Of a DNA stretch of 32,000 bases, positions 1 to 7,749 are shown piece by piece. A program made the translations under genes and the position numbers. The notes beneath the pieces are model-generated. The model saw nothing but the letters and a program-made list of their open reading frames with translations. It ran no database searches and was not told where the DNA came from. The stretch's first letter is position 1. Each line of letters starts with the position of its first letter. Location: contig NC_014729.1 in NCBI RefSeq assembly GCF_000172995.2, forward strand, positions 1,980,001 through 2,012,000, in the 5' to 3' direction. Source of the stretch: Halogeometricum borinquense DSM 11551. Lineage in GTDB: Archaea; Halobacteriota; Halobacteria; Halobacteriales; Haloferacaceae.

Positions 1-507
1 GACGAGGGACTGCTCTCCACGTACGCCCACTCGAAAGACGTCACTGTCTGGCTGTTCCGCTTTGCCAACATCGTCGGTCCGAAACAGCGCGGCAACGTCA
101 TCCCCGACTTCATCGAGAAACTGCTCGAAGATCCTGAAACGCTCACCATCCTCGGCAACGGCCGACAGGAGAAATCCTACCTCCACGTCGAAGACTGCGT
201 GCGCGCCATCTCGCACGTTGTCGAGAACGCCGAGCAGTCGATGAACACGTACAACCTCGGGACGCGGACGACGACCTCCGTCACGACAATCGCAGACATC
301 GTCTCGGACGTGATGGATCTGGACCCCGAGTACGAGTACACCGGCGGCGACCGCGGCTGGGAGGGTGACGTGCCGCGGATGCGCCTGTCTATCGAGAAAC
401 TCTCCGCACTCGGCTGGGAACCCGACGCCTCCAGCGACGACGCCGTGCGCCGCGCGACGCGCGAACTCGCGGCGGAACTGCGCGACGAGTACGGCGTCGA
501 AGCCTGA
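1..507 (+). CDS. NAD-dependent epimerase/dehydratase family protein, C-terminal part (5' end outside window)
   Basis: Frame 1 is open from base 1 to the stop at 505-507. The translation (FRFANIVGPKQRGNVIPDFIEKLLEDPETLTILGNGRQEKSYLHVEDCVRAI...) matches the conserved C-terminal half of UDP-glucose-4-epimerase-like SDR proteins. Confidence 0.8.
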   Translation, partial: DEGLLSTYAHSKDVTVWLFRFANIVGPKQRGNVIPDFIEKLLEDPETLTILGNGRQEKSYLHVEDCVRAISHVVENAEQSMNTYNLGTRTTTSVTTIADIVSDVMDLDPEYEYTGGDRGWEGDVPRMRLSIEKLSALGWEPDASSDDAVRRATRELAAELRDEYGVEA

Positions 508-559
508 GTCGGACGCGCGAACAGTACGCCTTTTATCGGGTCGGCCCCCAGCTTTCGTC

Positions 560-1306
560 GTGCAGTTCGTCGGGTATGATACGGCCGGACCGGGACTCTT
601 TCTCGCCAGCGACGGCGATGTTGAACACGTCACACTCGACCCCGGAACGGAACTGACGTACACGCTCGGCGAACGCCACTGCGCGGGTGTCATGACCGAC
701 GACGAACACTGCGCGTGCGAAAACGACGCCGCGCCCTACTGCCGGGACCACCGGTCTACGTGGGTGTGCGCGAAGTGTACCGGTACCTGTCTGAAGGACG
801 TGATGGACTGTCACGACTCGCACGCGATCTATCTCGCCGCGTTCGCGCCGGACGTGTTCAAAGTGGGCGTAACGAAGGAGTGGCGTCTTGAGACGCGCTT
901 GCGCGAACAGGGCGCAGACCGCGGCGCACACATTCGAACGGTTGCCAACGGCCGCATCGCCCGCGAGATCGAGGCCGGACTGGCAGACGAGATTCCCGAC
1001 CGGATTCGCGTTCCGACGAAACGCGATGGACTCCACCGCAAGGTGGACGAGGCGGCGTGGGAGTCACTGCTCTCGGAGTTCGACGTTCTCGACCGCTTTG
1101 ACTTCGACTACGGACTGGAACTCGATGCCCGGCCGGTCGATGAAGTCATCGCCACCGGCACCGTCCGCGGTGTCCAAGGCCGCCTGCTCGTTCTCGACCA
1201 CGCGGGCAGTACCTACGCCGTGGACCTGCGTGATCTCGTAGGCCACGAGGTGACCGCCGAAGCGACGACTCGTGACGTGCAGTCGAGTCTCGGTGCGTGG
1301 GGCTAA
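560..1306 (+). CDS. Cys-rich DUF2797-like protein
   Basis: ORF 365-1306. The upstream part overlaps the epimerase gene, so the likely start is GTG 560 (VQFVGYDTAG...), with ATG about 692 as an alternative. Cys cluster (CACENDAAPYCRDH..WVCAKCTGTC) followed by AIYLAAFAPDVFKVGVT resembles the DUF2797 family from memory. Confidence 0.6.
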   Translation: MQFVGYDTAGPGLFLASDGDVEHVTLDPGTELTYTLGERHCAGVMTDDEHCACENDAAPYCRDHRSTWVCAKCTGTCLKDVMDCHDSHAIYLAAFAPDVFKVGVTKEWRLETRLREQGADRGAHIRTVANGRIAREIEAGLADEIPDRIRVPTKRDGLHRKVDEAAWESLLSEFDVLDRFDFDYGLELDARPVDEVIATGTVRGVQGRLLVLDHAGSTYAVDLRDLVGHEVTAEATTRDVQSSLGAWG

Positions 1307-1353
1307 CAGCCGGGACCAACAGTCCTTTCCAATCGGACCGAGAAGTCACCCAC

Positions 1354-1797
1354 ATGCCCGAAGATCCAGACGAACCCACGGACGAATCGGCCGAAGACGC
1401 CGGGGAACCCACCGAGGGAGCCGGTGCTGACGGTGACGACGAGGAGAAGTCGTTCCGCGAACGAGTCGAAGAAATCCGAAAGCGGCGCGAAGAGGAACGC
1501 GAAGAGGGCGAACGACCGTCGCCCGAAGAGATGATGGGCGGCGGTGGCGGCCCCGGCGGCGGCAACCCGTTCGCGCAAATGATGAGCGGTATGATGGGCG
1601 GCGGCGGCCCCGGTATGGGCGGCGGCATGGGCGGTGGACCCGGTGGCCCGCCAGGTGCCGCAGGCGGTCGCGGCGAATCCGAATCGGCCGGGAACGAAGA
1701 ACTCGTCCGCGAGGTTCGCCAACTCCGCGACGAAGTCCGCGATGCAACGCGACAACTCCAGCGTATCGCGCAGGCCGTCGAAGACTTAGACGACTAA
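1354..1797 (+). CDS. Acidic hypothetical protein with Gly/Met-rich low-complexity core and C-terminal coiled coil
   Basis: ATG at 1354 in ORF 1297-1797. Acidic N-terminus, then MMGGGGGPGGGNPFAQMMSGMMGGGGPGMGGGMGGGPGG, then a helical heptad-like tail (ELVREVRQLRDEVRDATRQLQRIAQAVEDL). GC3-rich codon usage. Confidence 0.6.
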   Translation: MPEDPDEPTDESAEDAGEPTEGAGADGDDEEKSFRERVEEIRKRREEEREEGERPSPEEMMGGGGGPGGGNPFAQMMSGMMGGGGPGMGGGMGGGPGGPPGAAGGRGESESAGNEELVREVRQLRDEVRDATRQLQRIAQAVEDLDD

Positions 1798-1822
1798 TTC
1801 GTCACCCCGTCGCTTCGACGTT

Positions 1823-2938
1823 TCAGTATCCTTTTTCGGCACATACGCGGTCGTACAGCGTCGAGAGCTCGTCAACCGCGCGTTCGACACTCACCGCATC
1901 TCGACGTTCCAGACACGACTTCGAGAGCGTCTCGCGCTCGTCAAGGACACGTTCGATAGCCGCTCGGCAGGCATCTGTGTCGCCGAGGGAGTAATGATAG
2001 CCCGTCACGCCGTCCACGACGGTGTCCGAGAGGGCACCCTCGTTCACGCCGACGACCGGCGTCCCGCAGGCGTTGGCTTCGAGGGCGACCAACCCCTGCG
2101 TCTCGACGGGACTCGGGAAGACGAACGCGTCGAGTGCCGAGTAAAACGCCGGCAGTTCTTCCCGCGGGAGAAAGCCCAAGAAGTGCGCGTCAAGCCCCAT
2201 CTTCGTCGCCAGCGACTCCAACTCCTCGCGCGCCGGGCCGTCACCACCGAAGACGACCGTCGCGTCAAGTCCGTCGGCGGCTTTGAGGAACTCGTCGAGA
2301 TTCTTCTCGTAACCGTGGCGGCCGGTGTAGCCCACGAGTGGACCATCCGGGAGGTCGTATCGCTCGCGGAAGTCCGCGGCATCGGTGGGAACGAATCGGT
2401 CGGTATCGATGCCGTTCGAGAGAACGATCACCTCGCCTTCGACGCCGACCACGTTGTGAAGGTGGTCGCGGGTTGCCTGACTGGGGCAGACGACAGCGTC
2501 TGCGCGACCGAAGAACCACCGTTCGTAGCGTTCCGACAGCGACTCGATTCGTTGCTCGAACGAGTCGCGCGAGGTGAGGTAGTCGGCGTACTCGCCGGTC
2601 GGCGTGTGATACGAGGCGATGAACGGGAGATTCTTCTGCCGAGCCAAGCGCAACCCCGAAAGTCCCAGCGCGAACGGCGTGTGTGCGTGGACGAGATCTA
2701 CGTCATCGACGCGACTGGGTACCCGAGGAACGCCGAGGCGATACCCCTCGTAGAACGGAAATGAGACGCTTCTGACGGGGTACTCCCCTGCGTCGGGGAC
2801 GTAGTCGTCGGTCCCGGGATACACCACATCCATCCGGCCGTCGCGTTCTCGCCAGTGGTCGCGCCACGTCTGTACGGTGTACGAGACGCCGTTGACGGTC
2901 GGGAGATACGTATCAGTGAACGCCGCAACCGACTGCAT
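1823..2938 (-). CDS. Glycosyltransferase family 4 (GT-B fold)
   Basis: ORF 1823-3163. The conserved GT4 N-terminus begins at Met76 (MQSVAAFTDTYLPTVNGVSY), giving a start at 2938. The C-terminal E-x7-E-type region (FPSPVETQGLVALEANACGTPVV) is typical of GT4. Confidence 0.85.
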   Translation of the reverse strand: MQSVAAFTDTYLPTVNGVSYTVQTWRDHWRERDGRMDVVYPGTDDYVPDAGEYPVRSVSFPFYEGYRLGVPRVPSRVDDVDLVHAHTPFALGLSGLRLARQKNLPFIASYHTPTGEYADYLTSRDSFEQRIESLSERYERWFFGRADAVVCPSQATRDHLHNVVGVEGEVIVLSNGIDTDRFVPTDAADFRERYDLPDGPLVGYTGRHGYEKNLDEFLKAADGLDATVVFGGDGPAREELESLATKMGLDAHFLGFLPREELPAFYSALDAFVFPSPVETQGLVALEANACGTPVVGVNEGALSDTVVDGVTGYHYSLGDTDACRAAIERVLDERETLSKSCLERRDAVSVERAVDELSTLYDRVCAEKGY

Positions 2939-3127
2939 TCGTTCTCCGGTGTGTGACCGGGACTGATAAACCGTTGTGACTTCCGTCCGCTCCGTCATGT
3001 AGCGACACACCCGCCAATGAGTGCATTGGACGCTGATTTTCGTCGTTTTCGACGCGACTCGGGCGATATGCGGAACCGTTCGGTTCGGAGCGGAACGACT
3101 TTCCCCGACGGTCTCACTCCTCCGAAT

Positions 3128-3406
3128 ATGAGTATCGCGGAGGAACGCATCGAGCGTCTGCACGGACTCGCACGGGAGGCGGCCACGGAGGGGGAGTTCG
3201 ACCGCTCTCGTGAATACGTCCGCCTCGCGCGACGTATTGCGGAGCGAAACCGGTGCGGATTACCGAAATCGTTCCAGCGGTCCACGTGCGACGCCTGCGA
3301 CGTCTACCTCCGTCCGGGACAGAACGCCCGCGTCCGCGTCCATCGCGGTCGGGTCATCGTCCGGTGTCACGACTGCGGGGCGACAGAGCGGTATCCGTTC
3401 GACTGA
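3128..3406 (+). CDS. rnp4: Ribonuclease P protein component 4 (Rpp21 family)
   Basis: ATG 3128. Helical N-terminus (ERIERLHGLAREAA...YVRLARRIAERN) plus a zinc ribbon (CDACDVYLRPG...VRCHDCG), characteristic of archaeal Rpp21/Rnp4. Confidence 0.85.
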   Translation: MSIAEERIERLHGLAREAATEGEFDRSREYVRLARRIAERNRCGLPKSFQRSTCDACDVYLRPGQNARVRVHRGRVIVRCHDCGATERYPFD

Positions 3407-3506
3407 GCGCGTCATCCGTTCGAGCGCATCATCCGTTCGAGCGCATCATCCGTTCGAGCGCATCATCCGTTCAAGCGCATCATCCGTTCAAGCGCGTCAT
3501 CCGTTC
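3405..3506. repeat. Perfect-register tandem repeat, 17 bp x 6 (consensus GAGCGCATCATCCGTTC)
   Basis: Read directly. Copies at 3405-3421, 3422-3438, 3439-3455, 3456-3472, 3473-3489 and 3490-3506, with 1-2 substitutions in copies 1, 5 and 6. Copy 1 overlaps the rnp4 stop codon. A degenerate proto-copy (GAGCGGTATCCGTTC) lies inside the last rnp4 codons. Confidence 0.95.
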
Positions 3507-3562
3507 ACAGCGACAGCGGCGACCCTTAACGTTGAAACTACTCGGCCTTCTAGAGGTGACGC

Positions 3563-3811
3563 ATGGGAAAACAAGATCTCCGGAAAGAGGCACACGATAT
3601 CGATGTAACCGTCTGGGTCGGCAAAAGCGGAATCAGTGCGGTCGAAGAAGAGCTATCGGATCAACTGGCGGACCGTGACTTGGTGAAAATCAAGTTCCTC
3701 CGGTCTGCGCGGGCAGGAACGACAGTCGAGGAACTGACCGAGGAACTCGCAGACCGGGTTAACGCGGAAGTCATCGAGACCCGCGGTAACACCGGAGTCG
3801 TTCATCGATGA
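3563..3811 (+). CDS. YhbY-like CRM-domain RNA-binding protein
   Basis: 82 aa. LRKEAHDIDVTVWVGKSGISAVEEELSDQLADRDLVKIKF...ETRGNTGVVHR matches the CRS1/YhbY fold family pattern. Confidence 0.85.
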   Translation: MGKQDLRKEAHDIDVTVWVGKSGISAVEEELSDQLADRDLVKIKFLRSARAGTTVEELTEELADRVNAEVIETRGNTGVVHR

Positions 3812-4734
3812 GCGTCGGGCTGTTAGTACTGCAACAGAATACTGGGGGCGGACTGTACGACGCCATCGGCAGGGCTCTCGCTGGATTCGGGATTCCCGAG
3901 TCCGTTGCCGTCCCCCTCGGTCGCGTTATCGCCTTCGTTGCCGCCTTCGTGGCAGTGTATCTACTCGGTCGTATTGTGGTCTTTCCCGTCCTCAACCGCA
4001 TGATGGACTCCCGAAGTCTGGAGGACCACGCGCAGAAACCACTCCGCCGCGTCACCAGTGTCGTCGTCGTCTTCGTCGGCATCACCGTCGCGTTCGGAGC
4101 AGCGGGCTTCGAGAACTTCTTGCAGTCGTTGGCCACGATTGCGGCCGCTGCGACGCTCGCTATCGGGTTCGCCATGCAGGACGTCCTCCAGAACTTTGTC
4201 GCCGGAATCTTCATCTTCACCGACAAACCGTTCCGAATCGGTGACTGGATCGAGTGGGACGGAAACTCCGGCGTCGTCGAGGATATCAGTTTCCGCGTCT
4301 CCCGTATTCGGACGTTCGACAACGAACTGCTTACCGTACCGAACTCGCAACTCACCGACGGCGTCATCAAAAACCCCGTCGCGAAGGACACCCTTCGGTT
4401 GCAGGTTCCGTTCGGCATCGGCTACGGCGACGACATCGATACGGCGGCAGACATTATTCTCGAAGAGGCACGGGCGCAGCCGGAGATTCTGGACGATCCC
4501 GGACCGACGGTCCGCCTGACGGAACTGGGCGGCTCTTCGGTGGTACTCACGTCGCGCTTTTGGATCTCGAACCCGAGTCGCGCTGACTTCGTGAAGACGA
4601 AAGCCGAGTACACTCAGCGAGTCAAAGAGCGGTTCGACGAGCAGGGAATCGATATCCCGTATCCGAACCGGACACTCAGCGGCGAACTCACCGTGGCCGG
4701 TCTCGAAGAGGTTGCCGGGCCTCTCGACGACTAA
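3808..4734 (+). CDS. Mechanosensitive ion channel (MscS family)
   Basis: ATGA start/stop overlap with the YhbY-like gene. Three N-terminal TM segments, then the conserved MscS core (FANFVAGIFIFTDKPFRIGDWIEWDGNSGVVEDISFRVSRIRTFDNELLTVPNSQL). Confidence 0.85.
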   Translation: MSVGLLVLQQNTGGGLYDAIGRALAGFGIPESVAVPLGRVIAFVAAFVAVYLLGRIVVFPVLNRMMDSRSLEDHAQKPLRRVTSVVVVFVGITVAFGAAGFENFLQSLATIAAAATLAIGFAMQDVLQNFVAGIFIFTDKPFRIGDWIEWDGNSGVVEDISFRVSRIRTFDNELLTVPNSQLTDGVIKNPVAKDTLRLQVPFGIGYGDDIDTAADIILEEARAQPEILDDPGPTVRLTELGGSSVVLTSRFWISNPSRADFVKTKAEYTQRVKERFDEQGIDIPYPNRTLSGELTVAGLEEVAGPLDD

Positions 4735-4752
4735 CTCGACTCTCCCGCGGTT

Positions 4753-5559
4753 TTACAGTTCGATCCGCTCAACGAGTTGACTCTCCGCTTTCGTGTTGAC
4801 TGCCACAATTCGAATGAGGTCTTCCAATCGGGAGTTGTGCAGTTTCGCTTTCAGAAGGTTATCGACCTGATAGACGCCAGCGGCGTTGACCATCTCTATC
4901 TCGACGAGGACTGGCTTGTCCGTGCCGGGTTTCAGCGACACGTTGTCGATAGCCTGACTCGATAGTGTGTTGATTCCCCGCCCGCCCTTCTCGTAGGGGA
5001 TGCGCGACCGACCGCGTTCCATGTCGAGTGCGTCGGCGACGCGGATGACTCCCGCTTCGGTCGTCAGGGGATCTTCTTCGGTGTGGTGGCACAATATAGC
5101 ATGGAGTACCTCCGCCTTCATGCGCACGACTTCCGACGTGTCGTAGAACTGCGGGAGGAACCGGTCTAAGAGGTCTGCGGCGAGCGGAATCGAGTAGTAC
5201 GCGTGTTCGTCGCGATGGACGATGTGGCCGATGTCGTGTAGGGTCGCCGCGAGAGCGACGATGACGGCTTCGTCCTCCTCCGCTAATCCTTGTTGAGACG
5301 CACCGTTGAAATCGACATCACCGGCTTTCAGGAGATCGTACAGGCGGAGCGCTCGGTTCCGAACGATCTCGATGTGTTTCTCGCCGTGGTCGTTGTACCC
5401 TTTCCGGGTGACTGCGTTGACGTTCTGCGCCTTGAGATACGTCTTCACCTCGGGATCGTCGAGGAGCGTCGGGAGGACTTCGTTGAGTTTCTCGTCCGGA
5501 AAGTTGTGGCTCGCTTCGGGATCGTACTTTCGACCACCATCATCGGTTACTTCGGCCAT
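4753..5559 (-). CDS. HD-domain metal-dependent phosphohydrolase
   Basis: 268 aa with an H...HD signature (GEKHIEIV...LAATLHDIGHIVHRDEH...CHH). Confidence 0.8.
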   Translation of the reverse strand: MAEVTDDGGRKYDPEASHNFPDEKLNEVLPTLLDDPEVKTYLKAQNVNAVTRKGYNDHGEKHIEIVRNRALRLYDLLKAGDVDFNGASQQGLAEEDEAVIVALAATLHDIGHIVHRDEHAYYSIPLAADLLDRFLPQFYDTSEVVRMKAEVLHAILCHHTEEDPLTTEAGVIRVADALDMERGRSRIPYEKGGRGINTLSSQAIDNVSLKPGTDKPVLVEIEMVNAAGVYQVDNLLKAKLHNSRLEDLIRIVAVNTKAESQLVERIEL

Positions 5560-5622
5560 TCCGTCCCGTAGTACGTCCGCGAGATGAAAGAATCTCCGGT
5601 CGGATTGGTCGCGTTACTGAAT

Positions 5623-6102
5623 TTAGGCGCGCATCGTCTCGGCCGCCGCTGCGACTTCGTCGTAATCGGGTTCGGCACCCGGATCGTCGCTCACCCACGC
5701 ATACGACACCGTTCCGTCGGTGTCCACGACAAACACCGCACGCTTTGCGACGTTGTGGACGCCGAGCGAATCGAAGTCCATGGCTACGTCGTACTCGTGG
5801 ATGAGTTCGCGGTTCGTGTCGCTGATGAGGGCGAAGTTGAGGTCGTTCTGCTCGCGGAACTCGTTGAGCGTGAACGGTGTGTCGATGCTGGCGCCGTACA
5901 CCGTCGCACCGATATCCTCGAAGTTCGCCATCCGGTCGCGGAACGTACACATCTCTGTCGTACAGGTACTCGTGAACGCGGCCGGGAAGAACGCGAGCAC
6001 GATGGGCGCTTCGTCAAGATGCTCCGAGAGAGTGAACGATTCAACGTCGCCGTCTGCAAGCGGTGCAGTGAAATCCGGAGCGTCGTCTCCTACGTCTACC
6101 AT
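5623..6102 (-). CDS. Peroxiredoxin (AhpC/TSA/redoxin family)
   Basis: 159 aa. APDFTAP...IVLAFFPAAFTSTCTTEMC carries the peroxidatic Cys motif (T-x-x-C). Confidence 0.85.
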   Translation of the reverse strand: MVDVGDDAPDFTAPLADGDVESFTLSEHLDEAPIVLAFFPAAFTSTCTTEMCTFRDRMANFEDIGATVYGASIDTPFTLNEFREQNDLNFALISDTNRELIHEYDVAMDFDSLGVHNVAKRAVFVVDTDGTVSYAWVSDDPGAEPDYDEVAAAAETMRA

Positions 6103-6145
6103 ATGGGTTGCTCGTCGGAACGCCGGTTGAAACTTCCCCTCTCGG

Positions 6146-6529
6146 TCAGTGTTTACGACGTTCGCGTATCGCCGCTGCGAACGCGACGGCCGCGCCGAAG
6201 AACGACGCGTTCCGGACGAACGCGTCGAACTCCTCGTCTCGTTCGTCGCCGCTCATATTCCAGAAGTCGTGCATCTGTGGCGTGACACCGAGCAGGAACG
6301 CGGCGATAGCGGCAGCCCCGAGGAGTGGCGCGAGGCCGAGTGCGAGGAGCACACCGCCGACGAAGAGCAGGAGGCTCGCGGCCGGGACGAGAACGTTCGG
6401 GAACGGTAGTCCGACACTCTCGGCGTAGCCGATCATATCGTCGATATTCGAGAGATTGTCGTAGCCGTCACGGGCGAATTTCGCACCGAACAGTACCCGT
6501 GCGAGAACGAACAGCAAGCGCTTGAGCAT
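6146..6529 (-). CDS. DoxX family membrane protein
   Basis: 127 aa, 3-4 hydrophobic helices. The FGAKFARDGYDNL...GLPFP... pattern is typical of DoxX. Confidence 0.75.
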   Translation of the reverse strand: MLKRLLFVLARVLFGAKFARDGYDNLSNIDDMIGYAESVGLPFPNVLVPAASLLLFVGGVLLALGLAPLLGAAAIAAFLLGVTPQMHDFWNMSGDERDEEFDAFVRNASFFGAAVAFAAAIRERRKH

Positions 6530-6774
6530 ACATTCGAACTACGGTTAGCGGGCGATAAACGCTGACGGCCGAAGCAGTCCTCGCTGGTTTCGACACGCGC
6601 GAGCGGCGACCGAACGCCGGTCGGTGGATTAGCTAGTACTCGTGACTGACTCGGTTGCTTTCATTTTCATTCCCGAATATGGTAGTTTGAAGCCGTAACA
6701 AGGCAGTAAATTGTGTTTCGTGGTCGCTCGACCGTTGGAATGAGGGGCTATGTGAGACCGTGAAATGCAAAAAG

Positions 6775-6783
6775 CCTATAGTT
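6775..6783 (+). promoter_or_regulatory. TATA-box-like element upstream of tatA
   Basis: CCTATAGTT is centred about 29 nt upstream of ATG 6809, consistent with a leaderless or short-leader haloarchaeal transcript. Sequence context only. Confidence 0.3.
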
Positions 6784-6808
6784 ACGAGTAGGTTAGGCTC
6801 AGTTAGCG

Positions 6809-7075
6809 ATGTTCCAGATTACCCCTCTATTCCCGGGGATCCCGGGTGGGCCGGAGCTCCTCATCGTGCTGCTCGTCCTCGTGCTGCTGTTCGGGGCGAA
6901 CAAGATTCCGAAGCTCGCTCGGTCTACGGGTCAGGCTATGGGCGAATTCCAGCGCGGACGAAACGAAATCGAGGAAGAGCTCAAGCAGATGGAGAACGAC
7001 GACGACGAAGACGAAGACGAGGAGACGACGACGACCACGTCCACGTCCACCTCGACCTCGTCGGACTCGAACTAA
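6809..7075 (+). CDS. tatA: Twin-arginine translocase subunit TatA/E
   Basis: 88 aa. PLFPGIPGGPELLIVLLVLVLLFGANKIPKLARSTGQAMGEFQRGR is the canonical TatA TM helix, FG hinge and amphipathic helix, followed by an acidic Asp/Glu then Thr/Ser tail. Confidence 0.9.
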   Translation: MFQITPLFPGIPGGPELLIVLLVLVLLFGANKIPKLARSTGQAMGEFQRGRNEIEEELKQMENDDDEDEDEETTTTTSTSTSTSSDSN

Positions 7076-7200
7076 CCGACTTCCTCACTCCGGCTTTCTC
7101 GGGAAACAGACACCCGTCGTAGGAGCGTCTGCAATCCGTTTGCACGCCGGTCGAAGATTTTCCCGTACGAGCGTTGCAAGCGTCTCTCGGTGGGTCCTTT

Positions 7201-7274
7201 GGGCGTGTGGCCTAGCGGACTAGGGCGAGGGGTTCCTAACCCCTCGATCGCGGGTTCGAATCCCGCCACGCCCG
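7201..7274 (+). tRNA. tRNA-Arg (anticodon CCU)
   Basis: Manual cloverleaf. Acceptor GGGCGTG/CACGCCC, D stem GCCT/GGGC, anticodon stem AGGGG/CCCCT with loop TTCCTAA, T arm GCGGG-TTCGAAT-CCCGC, discriminator G. No encoded CCA. Confidence 0.9.
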
Positions 7275-7305
7275 TTATCGGTACGAGCGAAGCGAGTCCG
7301 ATAAC
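7274..7305 (+). other. Hairpin abutting the tRNA-Arg 3' end, carrying the CGAGCGAAGCGAGT loop motif
   Basis: 8-bp stem GTTATCGG (7274-7281) / CCGATAAC (7298-7305) with a 16-nt loop TACGAGCGAAGCGAGT. The 13-mer CGAGCGAAGCGAG (7284-7296) recurs as a reverse complement at 20847-20859. Confidence 0.6.
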
Positions 7306-7409
7306 GAACCGTGCGGGATTCGAATCAGGGAGCAACTTGTTGCTGCGAGCCCCGTCGCCAAGCGAAGCACGGGGACAGTCGTGCGCTGGTTCGACCGTAC
7401 GCCACGTCT

Positions 7410-7746
7410 CGTAACATATGTAAAATAAAACATATTTCTGGCCCACCAACCACACAAAAGACAATCAAGAATAACATTCGGATGTCACATATTCGGAGTG
7501 AATTCCACGACGGCGCGGAAAAATGACTGCTTAATGCTGTATGTGTTAATTCAAAGACCATTATAAATGTATTTAGATTGACTATTTATTTTCTAGGCGA
7601 AGGACATGGTATAAATGTGTCTTAAACAGCGTATAAAGAGCTACTGGAGTTTATTTCTATAGTATAAAATAAAATCATAACTTGTTTTTCCTCTGCAAAC
7701 TCTTAGAATTCTCACTAAACAGGCCGTTAAATCCCCAGAAGCCTTT
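7410..7746. other. Strongly AT-rich non-coding spacer (by eye roughly one third G+C, against a GC-rich background)
   Basis: Read directly. Runs such as TGTAAAATAAAACATATTT, ATTATAAATGTATTTAGATTGACTATTTATTTTC and TATAGTATAAAATAAAATCATAAC. TATAAATGT occurs twice (about 7562 and 7611). No convincing ORF. Confidence 0.9.
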
Positions 7747-7749
7747 TTG

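Noticed and set aside
2939-3163. 75-codon N-terminal extension of the glycosyltransferase ORF; likewise 365-559 for the DUF2797-like ORF, 21098-21184 for rps15, 22713-23126 for rps3ae and 25408-25641 for the small acidic protein
   Set aside because: The extensions are Arg/Ser/Thr-rich and non-conserved-looking. They overlap neighbouring genes or promoters, and the conserved family N-termini begin at the internal start codons used in the feature list.
3405-3506. CRISPR array
   Set aside because: The repeats are 17 bp and directly abutting with no spacers, and no cas genes are present. This is a simple tandem repeat.
6760-7223. Alternative-frame ORFs (120 aa and 125 aa) overlapping tatA
   Set aside because: tatA in frame 6809-7075 has an unmistakable family signature. 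The overlapping frames give Arg-rich low-complexity peptides generated by the GAC/GAA/ACG repeats of the acidic tail.
7311-7330. tRNA T-arm-like sequence GCGGGATTCGAATCAGGG about 40 nt after tRNA-Arg
   Set aside because: It resembles the tRNA-Arg T arm (GCGGGTTCGAATCCCGC) but has an insertion, and the 3' half does not pair. It could be a decayed att copy, but it is too short and degenerate to call. GATTCGAATC is also simply a 10-bp palindrome.
7410-7746. Replication origin (AT-rich unwinding element)
   Set aside because: No adjacent orc1/cdc6 gene and no pair of inverted ORB-type repeats are present. Only a weak partial resemblance (ACTGGAG in CTACTGGAGTTT) was seen. A promoter/regulatory region or acquired-DNA remnant is more plausible.
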